Positions 1 through 15,600 of a stretch of 64,000 nt of DNA are shown piece by piece. A program made the position numbers and the translations under genes. Origin of the DNA: Tubiluchus corallicola (Eukaryota; Animalia; Priapulida); assembly GCA_030141605.1 (NCBI GenBank), contig JAQGDQ010000191.1:310001-374000 (forward strand), written 5' to 3'. The notes under the pieces were generated by a model, which did no database searches, had not been told where the DNA came from, and saw only the letters and a program-made list of their open reading frames with translations. How positions within the stretch are numbered: position 1 is the stretch's first letter; every line of letters starts with the position of its first letter.

Positions 1-679
1 AAGTGTAATTTTGCAGCTTTACCTTTCTGTATTTATGTAATGTAATTATATTTCTACAATTTTAAGGTCTGTTAATTATTGCTTAAAAATAACGGCTTGT
101 AGATAAGTTGATTTCTGTTTAACTAGCTTCACCATCATTATACCAATAGATCCTTTCATTGGTGTTTTCAGGTGTGCACTTGTTGATTAACAATGAATTT
201 GAGGCTGATCCGAAATGTTTCACAATAAATACTGGTATCTTCATAGTATCGTTGGCTTTGCTGTTTATCAATAGTTGCTTATTTTATAAAAATCATGAAC
301 AAGCTATTCAATTTCATCAAGTAATTCTGAACTTTATTAACCGTTAGTAGCACTTTATGAAAGTTAATAATGAGAAGAGCTGTTAGTGAATTGCATATTT
401 GTGCTACATATAGTAGTAATATGATTATTGAAATGTAAAGTCGTTTACATTTACTTGAACCTTAACCTCCTAGTTATAAACTAGGTGCTCTGTCAACTGA
501 AAAACCAAGGATGCCCAATGATCAGATGATGAGAGCACGAAGTCTCATACTTGGCTGAAAAGCTTTTTTTCATGCTTTTTTCTACTCGGGATGGAGGAAA
601 CACAGCATCAAGATATTGCATTTTTGTGACTATTTTAGTTTTGCCTGATCTATAACAATAATGTTTCTTTTATTCTCAG

Positions 680-3600
680 GAGTATGGCTGCATTTGCAAG
701 CATGTGCGATGGCGGTTCCACACAAGATGGCTGCCTTGCTGCTAGTCGCGATCACACCACAATGAATGCTTTACAAAAGGTAAACCAGTTGAGTTTATCT
801 CATCTTCATTACAACAAGACTCTGATCACAAGAATTACAAAATACTTTCATTAGGCTAACTGCTACACTTCATGCTTATTGAATTATAATAATCAAGATC
901 AAGTTCTGACTGTTTTGTTGTAAAGCTTTGTAGAACTTTGACTGTGCTTCAACTGCATCTAAAAAGGTAAAGCAATTGCTGACATATCTATTTATAATAG
1001 TTACTTGAGACAGTTTCTTTAACATGCATACATTAACATTAACTTCTGTAAAGCATATATTAGCTGATAATAAAGAAGTTTCAATAGGAATTTAGGGAAA
1101 GACACTCCAAATTTGAGAAATGTGTGTTGTATTTCTTAGTTATTCACTCTTTCTGCTGCTCGTTTCTTCATTGTATTTGCGATATTTAATGAACATCTTT
1201 CAGGTTATTCATTTGTCTCAAGTTAAGTATAATCAACGACATTTTCTTTTACATTTTAAAGACCTATGATATATACATCTGATTTAAAGACATATGATAA
1301 CGTAGCAGATAAAATAACAATTGAAAACAAATACTATGATTATATTGCCATGATGTTTCCGTGAAGGTAAACTAAATTGAATCAGCACAACAAGAACAAA
1401 TACACTTAAAAAAACAAAACAAAGTGAGAACAGGTGCTCATTATGTTGCACAGCAGACACATATGCCTAGTGTAATAAGGCTAGCAAGTTTCATTGCCAA
1501 CCGTAGATTTTGTACATTCTAATATTTGCTGCGGGGAGGAATTCCAATTATTTACAGTTCGGTACTAGTTTTTATATTAGAATCTTATTTACAGTGACCA
1601 CAACTAGTAAATGGTTTCCAAACACAGACAGAAAAATGTTAGTCTCACGTATGTTAGGCTGTCTTAGATTAACTAACTTGGGCATTTGATCTGGTAAAGT
1701 GTAATTGAAAACCTGCCCACTTATTGCAAGCTTCCAATCATCCGTTCCTTGGCAGATCTCTACACTTGTTATATTCCCACTATTACTCAGCAACCATTTG
1801 CACGCACATAGACCAACCATTATCCCTGTCAGTGATTTAATACCAGCGCATAATACTTAGTCGAGCCGAGAGTCAATTCGGATGTAGAGACATGATTACG
1901 TGCCATCCTCTATACGGCTGTACACCACACGATCAATAGTACCGTCAAAGGCTATCAGTCGGTAATAGAAATGACTGTTTGCAGAAGAAAAATTCGTCAA
2001 GAGTCGGAACGATGCCAGATATCAGAAAGATTGTAGCTATCAAACTCTTCCCTGTCCGGATTTCTGCCTCGACTTGATGTGATAATTAAACGCTTGTCAG
2101 TGTCCAGCGCTTATGTAGTTAATATCGTACAGTTATTAACTAAATGATTCGTTTAAGTATTACCGCACTAACCTGCACTATCGGCATAGTTGATTTAGTT
2201 AGTTTTATTCATTTGCTGCCATAAGCATTGAGCTTCAGAAACTGGTTCGTTAAATTTGATGGTTTTAGATAGTATATCATATCATTTTCAATGGTTTTAT
2301 AGATTCATGTGTTTTGCGTTGTACATTATGTAAAAAATTTAGGAAAGTATGTATGAAAATTTGTGTTTTGATATAGAAAAAAACCTGCATGTAAGAAGAC
2401 TTAATAAATTGATGTGAAGTCAAAGTGTCAAACTATACAATATATATAGAACACTTTGATCACATCACATTTCATTTTAATCATTGGCCATGCTCGTATA
2501 AAATTCATGCACTAAGTTTTTATTGACAATTATTTTCTTTTGTAAGTTGTAAGCGACGCTGTTCATATTAGCATCGCACTATATTCTAAATTTTAGTTTA
2601 TTGATTCATGAGCTGCTTCAATTTTCCTAATGTTTCTGCCACTTTTTAAATGTTAGCTACTCTTTAATTAGCTGAAAATATTGTTAGCGCCCCATTAGCA
2701 GGTGCCATCATGTTCATTATTGTGTTTCTTCGCACGTCAGGCAAATCAGTTAAACTGCGGTGTTGCTCGATTTAGACTAGATTATCTCCTTTGTCAAAGA
2801 TTGTTAAGTTGAACCACCGAAAACAGGTTTTAAGTATCGATAAAGTAATTGCTACATGAAAAGGTATGCGTGTAATTGTGTGAGACGGGTTAGTATGTGT
2901 GTCAGCTGGCAGACCCGACTTGTATAGAGACATCCAACAATGTTTTATGTGGTTTTAGCTTCTTTCACCCGAGGCACAAAACTGCTGTTAAGTGCAGTCA
3001 AGTGAAGATGAATTGCGAAAATGATGGCGGTCTCAACCGATCCATTGTTAATTATTGAGCAGTTGAGTAAAGTTTAACTAACCTCATTAAGGCTTTACCT
3101 GACAACTGTGTTAATCAACCTTTCAACTGATTAAGAGCAAAAAAATTGAGTATGGCCTACTCTAAATAAAATTTAGAAAAATTGGTTGATGTTTTTAATT
3201 TGCCACTGTAATAGTGTTGCTGATATTCTGTTCTACATCTCTGGAACAAAAAAGAGTAATAGGTAACATTTTACAACACTAAGCATAAGTTTTAGCAGTA
3301 GGTACTAGGTACATATAAAACGATCTTCAATGGACCGCAGTGACACTGACTAATGAGAAAATTTTACGGGCACTGATGTTAGCTGACTGTAGTACTGTTT
3401 TTCTTGCTGATGCTGTGGTGGTGCCTTACTTTCTCGTTGCACCATAGCAGAATTCCAAAGGCATTTGGTTTAGCCTTTAAAGCTATTAAAAAAATCTGAA
3501 TATTAGTGAGTGTCATAATTAGTTATTTGACAAGCTTCTTTTGTCATCTTTTGCAGCTGCATGAGCACAAGTACGATACCACTAAAGCGCTACAGTCACT

Positions 3601-6600
3601 TGCACGCAGTCCTCCTCTTAGAGGCATTGAGCATAAGTGGAATGAAGAAGATACGGTAAGTGTTATTGATGGACACAACTTTGTTGCTATACTGTTTGAG
3701 AGAAGAGAATGGCTAGAGTATAACCGGAAAGATGTTTTTAATTATTGTCAGTGATGAGATATAACATGGATTGTAATTTACTGAAAATCGAATTCAAAGA
3801 TAATGAAATTGTACTACAAGTGGTAAACGATTTTAAATTGTAAATGATGGACTTCAGTTTACAGTTTCTCTTAAGTGGCGTGACAGACTAATTAGACGAA
3901 AGCTGTGTATTTGCAGTTTTAGTAGAGTTCATTTCCCATAGAAAACCTTTTCTAGAACAAAAAAACCCACAAATCTTACAAACATGAGGCACAGAGCAAT
4001 TTATTCGGTATGTCTCAACTGGCTTACCAATCATTAGGCAGTTAGTGATTAGTGACCAGAGTTAAGCAGTTAGTCCCTAATAACTAGAAAATATCAATGA
4101 GCTGACACCAAGAGCAGTGAATGGCATGAAAATTCACACACACCATACAAAGAATACAGTACTTTGTAATTTATAATATGTCTTTCTGGCCTGTGGGGAA
4201 GTATCAGCTACTATTAGTTAGTAAATCCTTTTGGGAGTATTCTTCTCCTGGTGTTGAACTTACGAACCAATTTTCTTGCAGTAAACAAAACACATACTTA
4301 ATAAAAATTGAGTAAGCTAATAACGTAAAATATGCAATGTGTATGCCGCTTGAAGCAATATAAAACAATGTCAGTTAACCATTGATTTGATGGCTATCTT
4401 TGTTTCAAAACTCGATAAATAGTGGCCCATATAATACCGTCATAAACTTGATGAAAAACATCTTCTATTCAACTCCTACTGATTATCTAATTCTAGACTT
4501 TTTACAAATTTTATTTCGTTTTACAAAAGTCTTGATTAACAAGCCACATGTGTATTGGAATGTTCGTTGTTAATTTCGTGCCGAGATGGCAAGCAAGATT
4601 TATTGCAGCGCGGCGAGAAAATAAAATTTCGAATTCGACACTTGTCAACTTTGACGTCTAATTTATTGCGAATCATATCTTTAGGCGTAACAGTGCCATT
4701 GTAATTCACAGACTGCATGGAGCTCTTACGGAAAATGATTCGCTTTGGGAGACTTTAATGATTAATACGAGTGGCTACTGAAATACGTGTCTGTTAGAAG
4801 ATGTAGGATAAAAACGTTTTTTCTGTTTATTGTGAATGCGCATCAGATTTCTTCGTGCCTTTTAAACAAGCCTGTGGCACCAAATTTTAAATTTGTTTTT
4901 TTATATTCCAGAAATTGTTTGTGAAGGGCTTGAGACAGTTTGGAAAAAATTTCTTCAAGATACGAAAGGAGTATCTCCCGCATAAAGAAACGGTAAGTAT
5001 GTTTGCAGTTAAACTGTTTTTATAATATGCTATTATATTGTTACTGCAGAATTTTTACTAAATAAGTTGCATTTTTACGTATAAAAAATACTAATTTTCT
5101 ACAATATAATGCAATCACTGCAGTTAAAAAATTGGTGATATAGTTATGATATATAGACATAGCACTTTACCATACTCTAAGGTTCTAAAAAGTAAAATAT
5201 TACTCTCTGCTTTATATACTGATAGAAACTAATGTGCAAGGATTACTCAAGGCAGTAAGTTTTCCTATAACCAAGGTTACGAGTACATTGGTTATGTCAT
5301 CGCTTAAAATCTGGGAAAGTATAATGTACTGCAGTACTATTCAGGGTGTATCATCAGAATTAAAACATTTCGCTGAGTCGCTGTTATGCTATCACCGGAT
5401 TTCATTTATTCTATCTTTTTGTCACTTGATTCAAGTTTTGTTTTTTCCTCATTAAGTAAATTCATAGCATTATAAAAAAACTCTGACATGTTTGACTTTG
5501 TTACTAGATAATAATATTTTCAGATTTGTTTCTGTGTGTGATAAATGTCTGAGCACCGTGTATTCATCTGTTGGCCATTAATGGCATTAACTAGCTTCTC
5601 TCAAGAGTTCTGGCATCGCTTTTAAATGATCATTATCCTGTAATGTCAAGCTGTTGCAATTGGCGGAATTATGACATCGCGCTGAAATAGCGTCTAATTA
5701 GCTGAGAAATAATCAGTTACAATAAAAAGTTAAGCGCCATTTAATTGCATCCCGTCATTTATTGCATCTGTGAATTGCCGCCTTATCGAGTTGTCAGCAG
5801 TCGTTTTCAACCCTGTCAAGCTGCTGTCAGACTCGAGAGCTTCTATTGAATTGGTTCATCCCTTTGCTGCCTGGTTGTTATGTTATCATTGCCAGCTCAT
5901 GTTTAAGAACAGTACATTACCGTTTGTTAGAGGGAGCCCCACTAGGCAAGTAGGGGTGAATCAATATCTCTTACATTGTGAACGTTAAGCTTTGCTCGGA
6001 CTTGGAAGCTGCTGTCATCCTGGATGTTAGCGTCATTTTGCGGTTACATCCGACAGTGTCTCTTCTTAGATTTGTAGTTATATTGTTAACTTTTACACAT
6101 TTGTTGATTTTAAAATGGATTTTGGTGTTATTACCAGTGCAGAAGTGCTAAATAAATCATAGCACTTAATTTATTTGAACAATTTTAAAGTCTTTTTTGG
6201 AAAAATTCAACCATAGCTTTCGGACATTAACTTGTTGTGTCTACTAATCACACTCTTACTTAACAAATATATATTTTTTAATTTTTAGAGACGTTTTTGT
6301 AAATTTATTTGCAAAGTTTTTTCTTGCTACGTTCTCTCACATTTGCATCCTAGAGTAGAATAATAAATTATTAGTCATCATATATAGTACTTAATTTGTG
6401 ATAGCTTCTTCGTTTTGTGAGTCGTATGTGTGGGTTTCTTTCCAAAAGCCTTTAAAACTGAGTTCTATAAAAGTACTGCACTGTAAAAAAAAATATCCAC
6501 AGCTATAAACAGCTATATTCATTATGTTTACTGGGCTTTGGTTTTACATTGAGTCAGAATTGTTCAACACCAAATTATTTGTTATCCAACTCCAAGTTTT

Positions 6601-9600
6601 CTAGTTTGTTTGCATGGTCAGTGAGAATGTCTGTTGGAGATCAGCACAACTGATTGACTGGAGCAAAAGGAATTTGATGTTAAAAATATGTAACCCTATT
6701 TATGGTAGACATTTTTATTACATTGTTTACATATGTAGACATATTATTATTGTTATTAACATAATAATTATCTGGAGGAAGCAGAAAAGGTGTAATAGAC
6801 AGCATTTTTAAACAATATGTCTGGTTTTAATGTGCATTATGTGAACGAAGTGTCGTGGGAGAATTGGTCATTACAGCCAGAGGAGAAAACACTGATAGAA
6901 TCAGATAAGTGTTTTTTATGAGGTAACTGATAGATAACAAAGCGATTACACGATGATGATGATGATTTTTCTAATGTTACAATGAGGGATCTGCAAAGAA
7001 GAATGCTAGTACTGATCATGGGTTTTGTCCATTCGTTGACTGTCATTCTCAAGCATGCTTTGTCATTGTTACTTGAGCAGCATGGTTTAATTTGGGATTC
7101 TGTTCAAGGAGGGATTGTAATCAAGCACTGAAAGGCTTCACTAAATGGAAGTCACCCTAGCGGCTTCAATCTGTCGAGTGCTATTAAACTGCCAACTAAG
7201 ATGGCTTCCGTATTTGCAAAGGTTTTGTGGCGGGCGCAGTTAATCTATATAGCGTTATTTCCGGTGTGTAAATGAAACAGTTGCAGCAGTGCACAAATTT
7301 CTTATTGCGAATTGTTCCTACAGCCAATTTGTTAAATTACCTGGGTAATAAAAGTGCTATGTTTGTTTCATAAAAAAATGTTGCAGTACTAACCACAGTG
7401 ACAATAACAGAGCAGTAGCAGCTCTAACAATAGCGATAACAGCGAAAGCAGTGAAGATAGCACTGATAGTTGCAATGATGATGACAAAAACTGCATCAGT
7501 ATGCAAAAGCTACCAATATGACTGCAAATATGCATTAAAAGTTATTATTTTTTTACTCCACTGAAATTCTTCTACTCATCCGAGCAGAGAAGCCAGCAGG
7601 TAATAGTTTTTAAGTTTCTTTATACTTCTCATGGAACTGAACTCGTGACTTTTCACATGAAAAGTGGCTTAGCTATTAATAAGAGTTACTAGACTATTAT
7701 GGGCCATTAAACCATTATCATTAAAATGGTGACAAAATGATTAATTTTGTCACCATCAAATTAGATAAAATTTGTGATTAGTTTACTGGTGTACCTTTTC
7801 ACTACTATTTTCGCTCAACAAAGCTGTGTACTTACCAGGTTAGAAGTGCCCTTTGAGAAGCTAATGCGAAAGATGTGATGAAAAATGTTTCTTTGCCTGT
7901 TCGTCGCGTGACTTTTGTGCGCTAATAGTTGAAACAACCTTTCTGAATTAACGTTGGACGTGATTTATTGGCTGGTAATGTTTCTTACATCGCCTGATTG
8001 AATAAAGTAAAATCAGCGTGAATGCAGTGCCTCTTGAAAGTAGAAAGAGATCTTCTTATTTATAGTAATTGAATAGTTACTGTGTGAGATCAAAGAAGAA
8101 TGCTAACAGCATTCATCATCTTTAGTTATTATTGACAGTGCGTAAAGGTCTACTAAAGGACTCTTTTAGGTAGGCTAAGCCTTATCTTGCAAAATTACCC
8201 GCGGAAGTTGACAAGTGGTTGCGGATGGTGAATGAAATTATATCATTGCCGCTATGCGTAATGCTTATGCAGATTTCAGTTCATTTTGCACAAAACGTCG
8301 GGCGCTCGAAGCTTTAAATCGATATTTTACCAAAGCCGAGTGAAATTTGATTTAGTCGACGGGTAATCATTTTTCCGCCTGCAAAGCCACATCGAACGCT
8401 TGCGTGTTTCCACAATGTGTTAGAGATCAGTAAGAATTACCCAAGCCTCTCTTCATTGATCGCCTGAGAAATAACAGCGAGTTCCTTCTCTCATTATTTG
8501 TTGTGTGCGCATTGATCAATATGCTTGCTTGAGCGAATAAAACCAACGTAGCTATTTGCATAATGAGTATCGGCGTGTTTTACATAATTAGTACTCGTTA
8601 ACAAATGCAGCATTTGGGTATATCATGGATTCTATGGGCTGTTCATTAGCGTCAAATAAAGAAATATCCATTACACATATAAATGACACAAGATTCAATT
8701 CAATTTTATTTGCCTCATACAGTTCAACAGAAGGTTTGCTTAAACATGGTTAGTTCGCCTTAAAAAATATAAATATTATAAAAATACGCATTATACTAAG
8801 ACTGCCCCAAACTTTGCCAAATGTTTGGAAAATTTCCAATGTTTTTCGATTTTTAAGAGTTGGACCTAAATTGGGCCATATTGTGCAAAGCTTTTCTTAT
8901 TGAAAGTACAAAAGTTTTGGCAGCGTTAACCAGAATCTTGACAGAAGAATTAGCAATTGTATGAGCAGTAGTAATAATGTGTACAGTGAGACAAATATGA
9001 GCAGCATTCTGTTTCCTAATAGTAATGTATACATACATGTTGGTTGAAGCGGGTGCTGAGTAAACAATGAGTTTCCCAGCATAGTACTTATCGCAATCAT
9101 TGCAATCACTATATGTATAGCGGATCATCTATCAATAATACTATTACTAATAAGTTCATGTCTGCCATAACATTTCTTGTACAGTATAACATATAGCCAA
9201 GCTAGTTACTGTAACAGTAGACTGGTTTAACCCTTCTTTGCCCAAACAAAGTCGCCAGCATTAAAAGATCTGTTCAATACCTGAAGATGACTTCTGTTAT
9301 AGGAGTTGAAATAATTATGTTTTTATTATACAGTCAACATATATACATACTAGATACAGCTGTGTGACGTGTATATCTTTTTTTTATTAGTCTTTTTAAT
9401 GACGTGTAAAACATGTCACATAAAACATTAAAAAATATCGGCGGCACAAAAGAGAAAACTGGGAAAGTTTGTTTAAAAATTGGTTAATTAACTAGTTAAT
9501 TTCCTACCTGGTGCAGTTGCCTTTTATGACGCGCAAATTAGCGGTAACTTAGTTATTGTTTCTTAATCAAGTTCGAGTTTACAACAATTAATATTTGTGA

Positions 9601-12600
9601 TTGCTTTGTAACAACCAGTTAATTAATTGATTATCTGATCTGCTCAAGGGTTTTAACTGGTGTTGAAAACTGAGTAGCTGTATCCTTTAAAGATGAAAAT
9701 TCAGATCTCTCCCGTTAGGGCCACAATGACTCAGGTTACACAGTGAATGCGGTTTATCCTTTTGGTTTCGCGTTCAAACCCTGATCTTTTTTCATATTTT
9801 CATGTATAAGGCTAATTATTATTGTTTGCTAAGCTGCATAGTTTATTGATTTGTTATTTGTTTTTCTTCACTTCCTAAAGTTAATACTTAACTGTCCTTA
9901 GCAATAACACTGCAACAAGTTATGCAGATACTAGAAATTAATTTTTGGCTTCGCGGTCAGTAGCAGTTTCTGAGTCTAAAACATGGGATACATTTGTTGC
10001 ACCTTTCAATCATACAACATCCAGAAGATGCTTTGTAGATCGCTGTGCCTTTTGCGACGTTTGTGTAACCGATTTGTTTAGTGTGCACAAACGACATTTA
10101 GTAGTAGCAGTAGTAATTTTTCTGTCAAAATATTAGTAATCCAGCAAAATAGTTATATAATGATAGTTGGCAGGATTACGCGTGCATTTCCTTAGAGATT
10201 AAATTCTTTAAGTAATTTGACAGTAAAATGGGACTTACTATTAAACTGTATGTTTTTCTTTCTGGGAACAAGATAATTTGTTTGAAGAATAATGAAAAGT
10301 AAACATTAAGCAAAGAAGATAAATACAAACTTGGAACGCAAGTCTAAAAAACGTAGTTGCTAATTAAAATGTCATTTTAGGCCTGTAGTTGTAATATCAA
10401 TGTATCACAATAAACTTGTTAATTTTTGTAATGCTTGCAGACTTCATACTAACACTTATAGGTTTTAGATTGTGTACCCATTAGGGACTGATTAATTATC
10501 TAAGCTGTATTTAGGTGATAAAACATTAATATAAATACATCTATCAGTTCATTTTTCTAAATCGCGTGAAATAATCGTACAGACAGGTTTTAAAGAAGTT
10601 TTAAAGATTAGGAGATACATTCTGCAAAGTAGTCTTTTGTGACAAAAGGGAAAATAGTGAAGTAATTTTTCTTTACAAAAAAAACTGTTTGATCATTTCG
10701 AAATTTGTATGCTTTCTCTTTCTCAGTTTCCCTTTTCTTTCCCTTAAGAGTTTAACATAGACCGAAAAGCTTAACATGGCCCTTACTTTCCTGGTTAATT
10801 GACATTTTGCTCAATTCTTGGTGGTTGCTTAATGCTTAATTAAAGTTTATTGCTGGTTCGTTGCTTTGATCAACTATATCTACAACACTCTTCTTCTTGC
10901 TGTTACAGTAGGGGGCGCATTAGCATCTTGTCTAACATTGATTTTCTCTGCTCACACACTGAAAGATATGTTAACAGCTTTTCTTTGTTGAGGCTTTTTG
11001 CTTTTTCTCTCAATGAGGAAGCAATTGTGATTTAATGGGTTTAGGTCAACTTTAAAACCTGAGCGCAGGAAGCGAGATAATTGCCGAAACTGGTTGCTAA
11101 TGATATTGTGAAGAGCGATTTATGAACATTTGGTTATACTTGTAACAGCTATAATTTTCTACACTTTATATTTTTATTGTTGTGTTTTTCTCATTATTTG
11201 AGCAATTTTGTGTGTTAATGACGTATTAAGCTTTCATTATTGTGTGCAGAAATGATTAACTGAAAGGTAATTTTGAAATTTGCACCATCGGAAGGCCATT
11301 GTTAACAGTTTTTTTAAGTATCTTTGAACATCTTCATGTGTTAAAACTTACCAGATTACATTATATTTTTAGGGAGAATTAGTAGATTTTTACTACATAT
11401 GGAAAAAGACTCCAGCAGCCAAAGGAAATAATCCGAATGGACGGCGACCAAGAAAGCCTGCAGGTCGAAAGAATAAAGGCCGGCGTAGCAGTGCTGAAAA
11501 GGGTATGCCCTGCACACAATCCTTTCACTTGTTTTACTTGAACTCAATAGTTGTAAGCAACTTAGAAGAAAAGGACACAGACAAAAGTTGTCTCTCATTT
11601 CATATTTACCTTCTGTGGACGCCTCTTAGTTTACAAAGTTAGCTTCTAAACACGTAACAAGTAATCACTTTAGTAATATTTACTGTGTTAATGTAGAAAT
11701 TCCTGTTAAAACGACTTATAAATCTTGCTGCAACATAAAAGCTCTATTCAAGATCTGTGATAGTGACCACTAAGCATAGTTTTATGTTTCGTCTTAAGAT
11801 ACATACATTGATTCAGATGAAGTTATGAATGAATTGTAGGTTTGACAGGATCTTGATTTTGTTGTTGTCCTTTCATTTTGATTGTCTTAATTTTCAGAGA
11901 ATAAAGATACCAAGGAAAAGCAGACCAGCTCTCCTACAAAGTCTGGAGAATCTGGTAGGTGTTCCGTACTTAACTTTCCATTGTGTTCCTTATTTAGTTT
12001 CCCACACTACTATGTACTGCAGAAAGGCTAGACTCGCTCCAGACCAGGGTTTTATGATCAGACCATAAGTATTATTAAGTACATTTGCCCATACTTACAT
12101 TGAGCCCAAACCAGGCTTTTCACAGTAAAATTGCAAAATTAAAAATGTATACTTGAACAACTACTATGCATTTTTGTATGATGGCTAAATAGGAGTGTCT
12201 TGCTCACACATTGCTAAGATCGGGCTTTTTTTCACAAATCTGGTAGACAAATCTGACTTTTTCATCTTTGGCCATTTCAAATAATGGCCATCTTTTTTCA
12301 CGCCATAAGTAGAACCTTTCTGGTGCTCAAATTTTGGCCTGTTTTAGGCATATTATTCTCTGGACCAATTCTTGCAATTTTTTTGGTGTAAGTCAGCAAA
12401 TTTACTCTACTGGTAACATTATGGGTAAATTTGACCATTGACTGTAAGTGCATCAATTTATCAAATTTGCAGTTACAGTGACCTAACGAAAAATCAAAGA
12501 TAGGTCAAACTATACATTTTTCATTCAGTGTGACAAGACAAGTAATTTGATATGTATTTTACTAGGATTCGTGAATTTTTTAAATTGGCCTCCTTTGACC

Positions 12601-15600
12601 CCTTTTGCCCCCTATAAAAAAATTGCTGGCATTTTGAAGAGGGTAGCCATAGCTAGATTCTTTTAGTACCCCTCAAGCAAAGTTAAAACAGATTTCAAAT
12701 CTTTGTTCTAGCGTAAGTGTTACGGAACACTAAGATTGTTTTTCTGCTAAGAAGGCCAGCATATTTTTCTGAATTTGATTGCATTGTGGGTTAGGTAGAA
12801 GAATTGCAATGACGATTTTCCTACTTCTTTCCTTTATTCTTTTCATTTCAGCTTCACGTCGGTTTAGCATTGTCTAACATCAACTCAGAATTCACTCCAG
12901 CAAAAAACGTTAGATTTAATCTGCTTTGTCTGGCATATTTGTGATTTTAATAGCAGTGATTTTGAGCTAAATGTTAATTTTAGCTTGAATTGCATTTTTC
13001 AAAGGTAAATATTTGCAAGAACTGTTCATGATGAATAATTTGGGCAGACAGAGTAGATCTCTTAATCTTAGTGTTCTTTGTAAAGAACTTTGCTGTTATT
13101 ACCATTCGTCTAATTATTTTTCTGGCTGATCTCAAAGTCTTATAAAAACCTTCAGTAGACTGATTCTTGCTGATATGCTTCCTATTGTTAAGTATGATTT
13201 AATTTTAAATAGAGAATTTGTACTACTACAGTGAAACGCTAGTGCATCCACTAAGAATTTTCACAGAATTTGTAAGCACTGAGGTTTACAATGTACCCAA
13301 AACTTTTGAGCATTCATAAATAAGGAAGAAAAATTTTGATTAAGTAGACAGATGAGCAATATTCAGGCTCTGTGGGGTAACATGGTCGTGTATATAAATT
13401 CTACATTTTGTCTGACTCTTTGCTTATAACTGTATGTCTCTTTGCTTCACAGTGTAGTAATTAATTAATTAATTATAAGCTGTGGGCAATAGGAAAGGTT
13501 TTCAAGGCCGTCTGCTTGCAATGTTGCTACAAATGTATCTCTTTTTGCAGGGAGTTCCTTTAGTGAAGATGAGAACGAAAATGAATCTGATGATGATTCA
13601 CCACCTCCACCTGAATTGTCAACTTGTGGTCATTGCTTAGCAACAAGTAAGCGTTCATTCCTTTTTATTTTTTTCACGAACTAACCCAACTTGTAGTCAA
13701 GTTGACCGAAAAATCCCTGTAGCATGTTAGAGATTGATAGCCAGCACAGTACAAATTTATTATGTAGTTTTGAAAACACTGGATAAAACGCATGTCAGAA
13801 AGCTAGAGCAGTTTAATAATAACAATAATTTATGAAGTATATATTTATGAAATTAGGTTAGTATAATGGCTATAGTATAACATTATATTAGCTAGACTGA
13901 AAATTCTAAACAATGTTCGACTTCAATCACATAAAAATTAGCAGTACAACCATGGTATTATATTAAATGTGTAAGAATGACTGACTGCAAGAAGCATTTT
14001 TAATAAAAACTTACTTTCTGTTATGCATACATGTTTGTAATTTAATGCTAATAAAGCAAATAGATTAATTTTGGCGATACTATCTAGAAATGTAAAATTT
14101 TGTATTAATTTGAAAACAAATTGTAAAAAGAAGTGATTCTAGCATCTATCATTAAATTTACTGATATTGACGGTGCTTAGGTGGATTTCTAGAATTAAAC
14201 TGTACCAGTTGCTAATCATGGAAAGGCGTTTCACCAACTTGTTGGCAATGTGACCTACCTTTTGCATTATTAATTTGTGCTTTACTTATAGACATAAAAT
14301 CATATCGCGGTTGATAAATATAAATAAATGGCTAAATATTGTGATTGTGTGAAAGCTGTCCAAACTTTGAGCAGCTTTATAGCATAATAATATTTTTATT
14401 CACACATAATTATAAAAAAATACATGGCACCAGGTAAAATATAGAAAGGTACACAATCAAAAACACGCAATTTAGAAGAACTTACAAAATATGCATGGTG
14501 GACTATTGAGCGCATATATCATTTATCATCATTTGATTTCATCATTAGTGTGAATTTAGAATGTGTTAGTATGCTTTCACAAACATCAATCCTTTCACTG
14601 AGAATATTTACTTTGCTCTTAGTGTGCACATTTATGGTATCCTACCAGGAATTAAGAATTTTATATACAATTTTATATTTATATATGCAGTAATATTTTA
14701 AATACTATCTACTTGTTCACTGGTAGCTAGTAAAAGCTAATTAGTGGGATCATTCTGCACGATATATCTTATTTATTATTACTGAAAATTCACTTTTAGT
14801 GGTTCAGTTACGTGTGAAGCTTTGTTCCGTGACACAAAAAGTAACATCTTTCAAACATATGCAGCATAGTTGCAAAAAAGTAACACATATTACCTTAAAT
14901 TTCTAGCATCTTTATTCTCTATTCAAATGCAAGCTTTATCACACTGTTTAACCCCTTCCTGTGCTGATGTACTTTTTCACTAAATTTTATGCAGTTTAAT
15001 GTGACAACAAACATGAAACGGAAAATACGTTATAGACAAAACGGACAGTAAATGGAAATAACAGGAGGAGTAAATTTTTGCAGTGAAACAGGTTACATGA
15101 GGACTTACCTTCGTGGGCTTTTAAGCCATTGCTATTTGTATGTTTTATGTAAGAGTTTTAACGATTTGCAATTTTTGAATATTATGTACTACAAAAACTT
15201 TGTTTGTGGATGTTTTCTTCTTTCGTACATTTTTACTTTTTATTTCCAGTATCAAAGGGGTGGCAGAAGTTTGGTCCGGGCGGCAGTTCGTTATGCTCAA
15301 CTTGTCACCTGCACGTCAAGATACGTGGTGACCTACCAGATCCAAGCCAAGCAGACCGTGATATCTTATTTAAACCGGTGTGTGCTGTGAATACAGCAGC
15401 TTCCCCAGAAAAAACTGTAAAAACCCCTCCAGCAACGGAAAAGGTAGGTGGAACATTTTACAGATGATAATGAGGAAAATATACTTAGTTAGTGTCTCAT
15501 AATGTAAGTGCCTTCGTTACACATATACAACAAATACATTAGCAAATTGTGTAGTTTTTTTGCAATTTTTGGTTATCCTGGACACCATGTATATTGTTAT

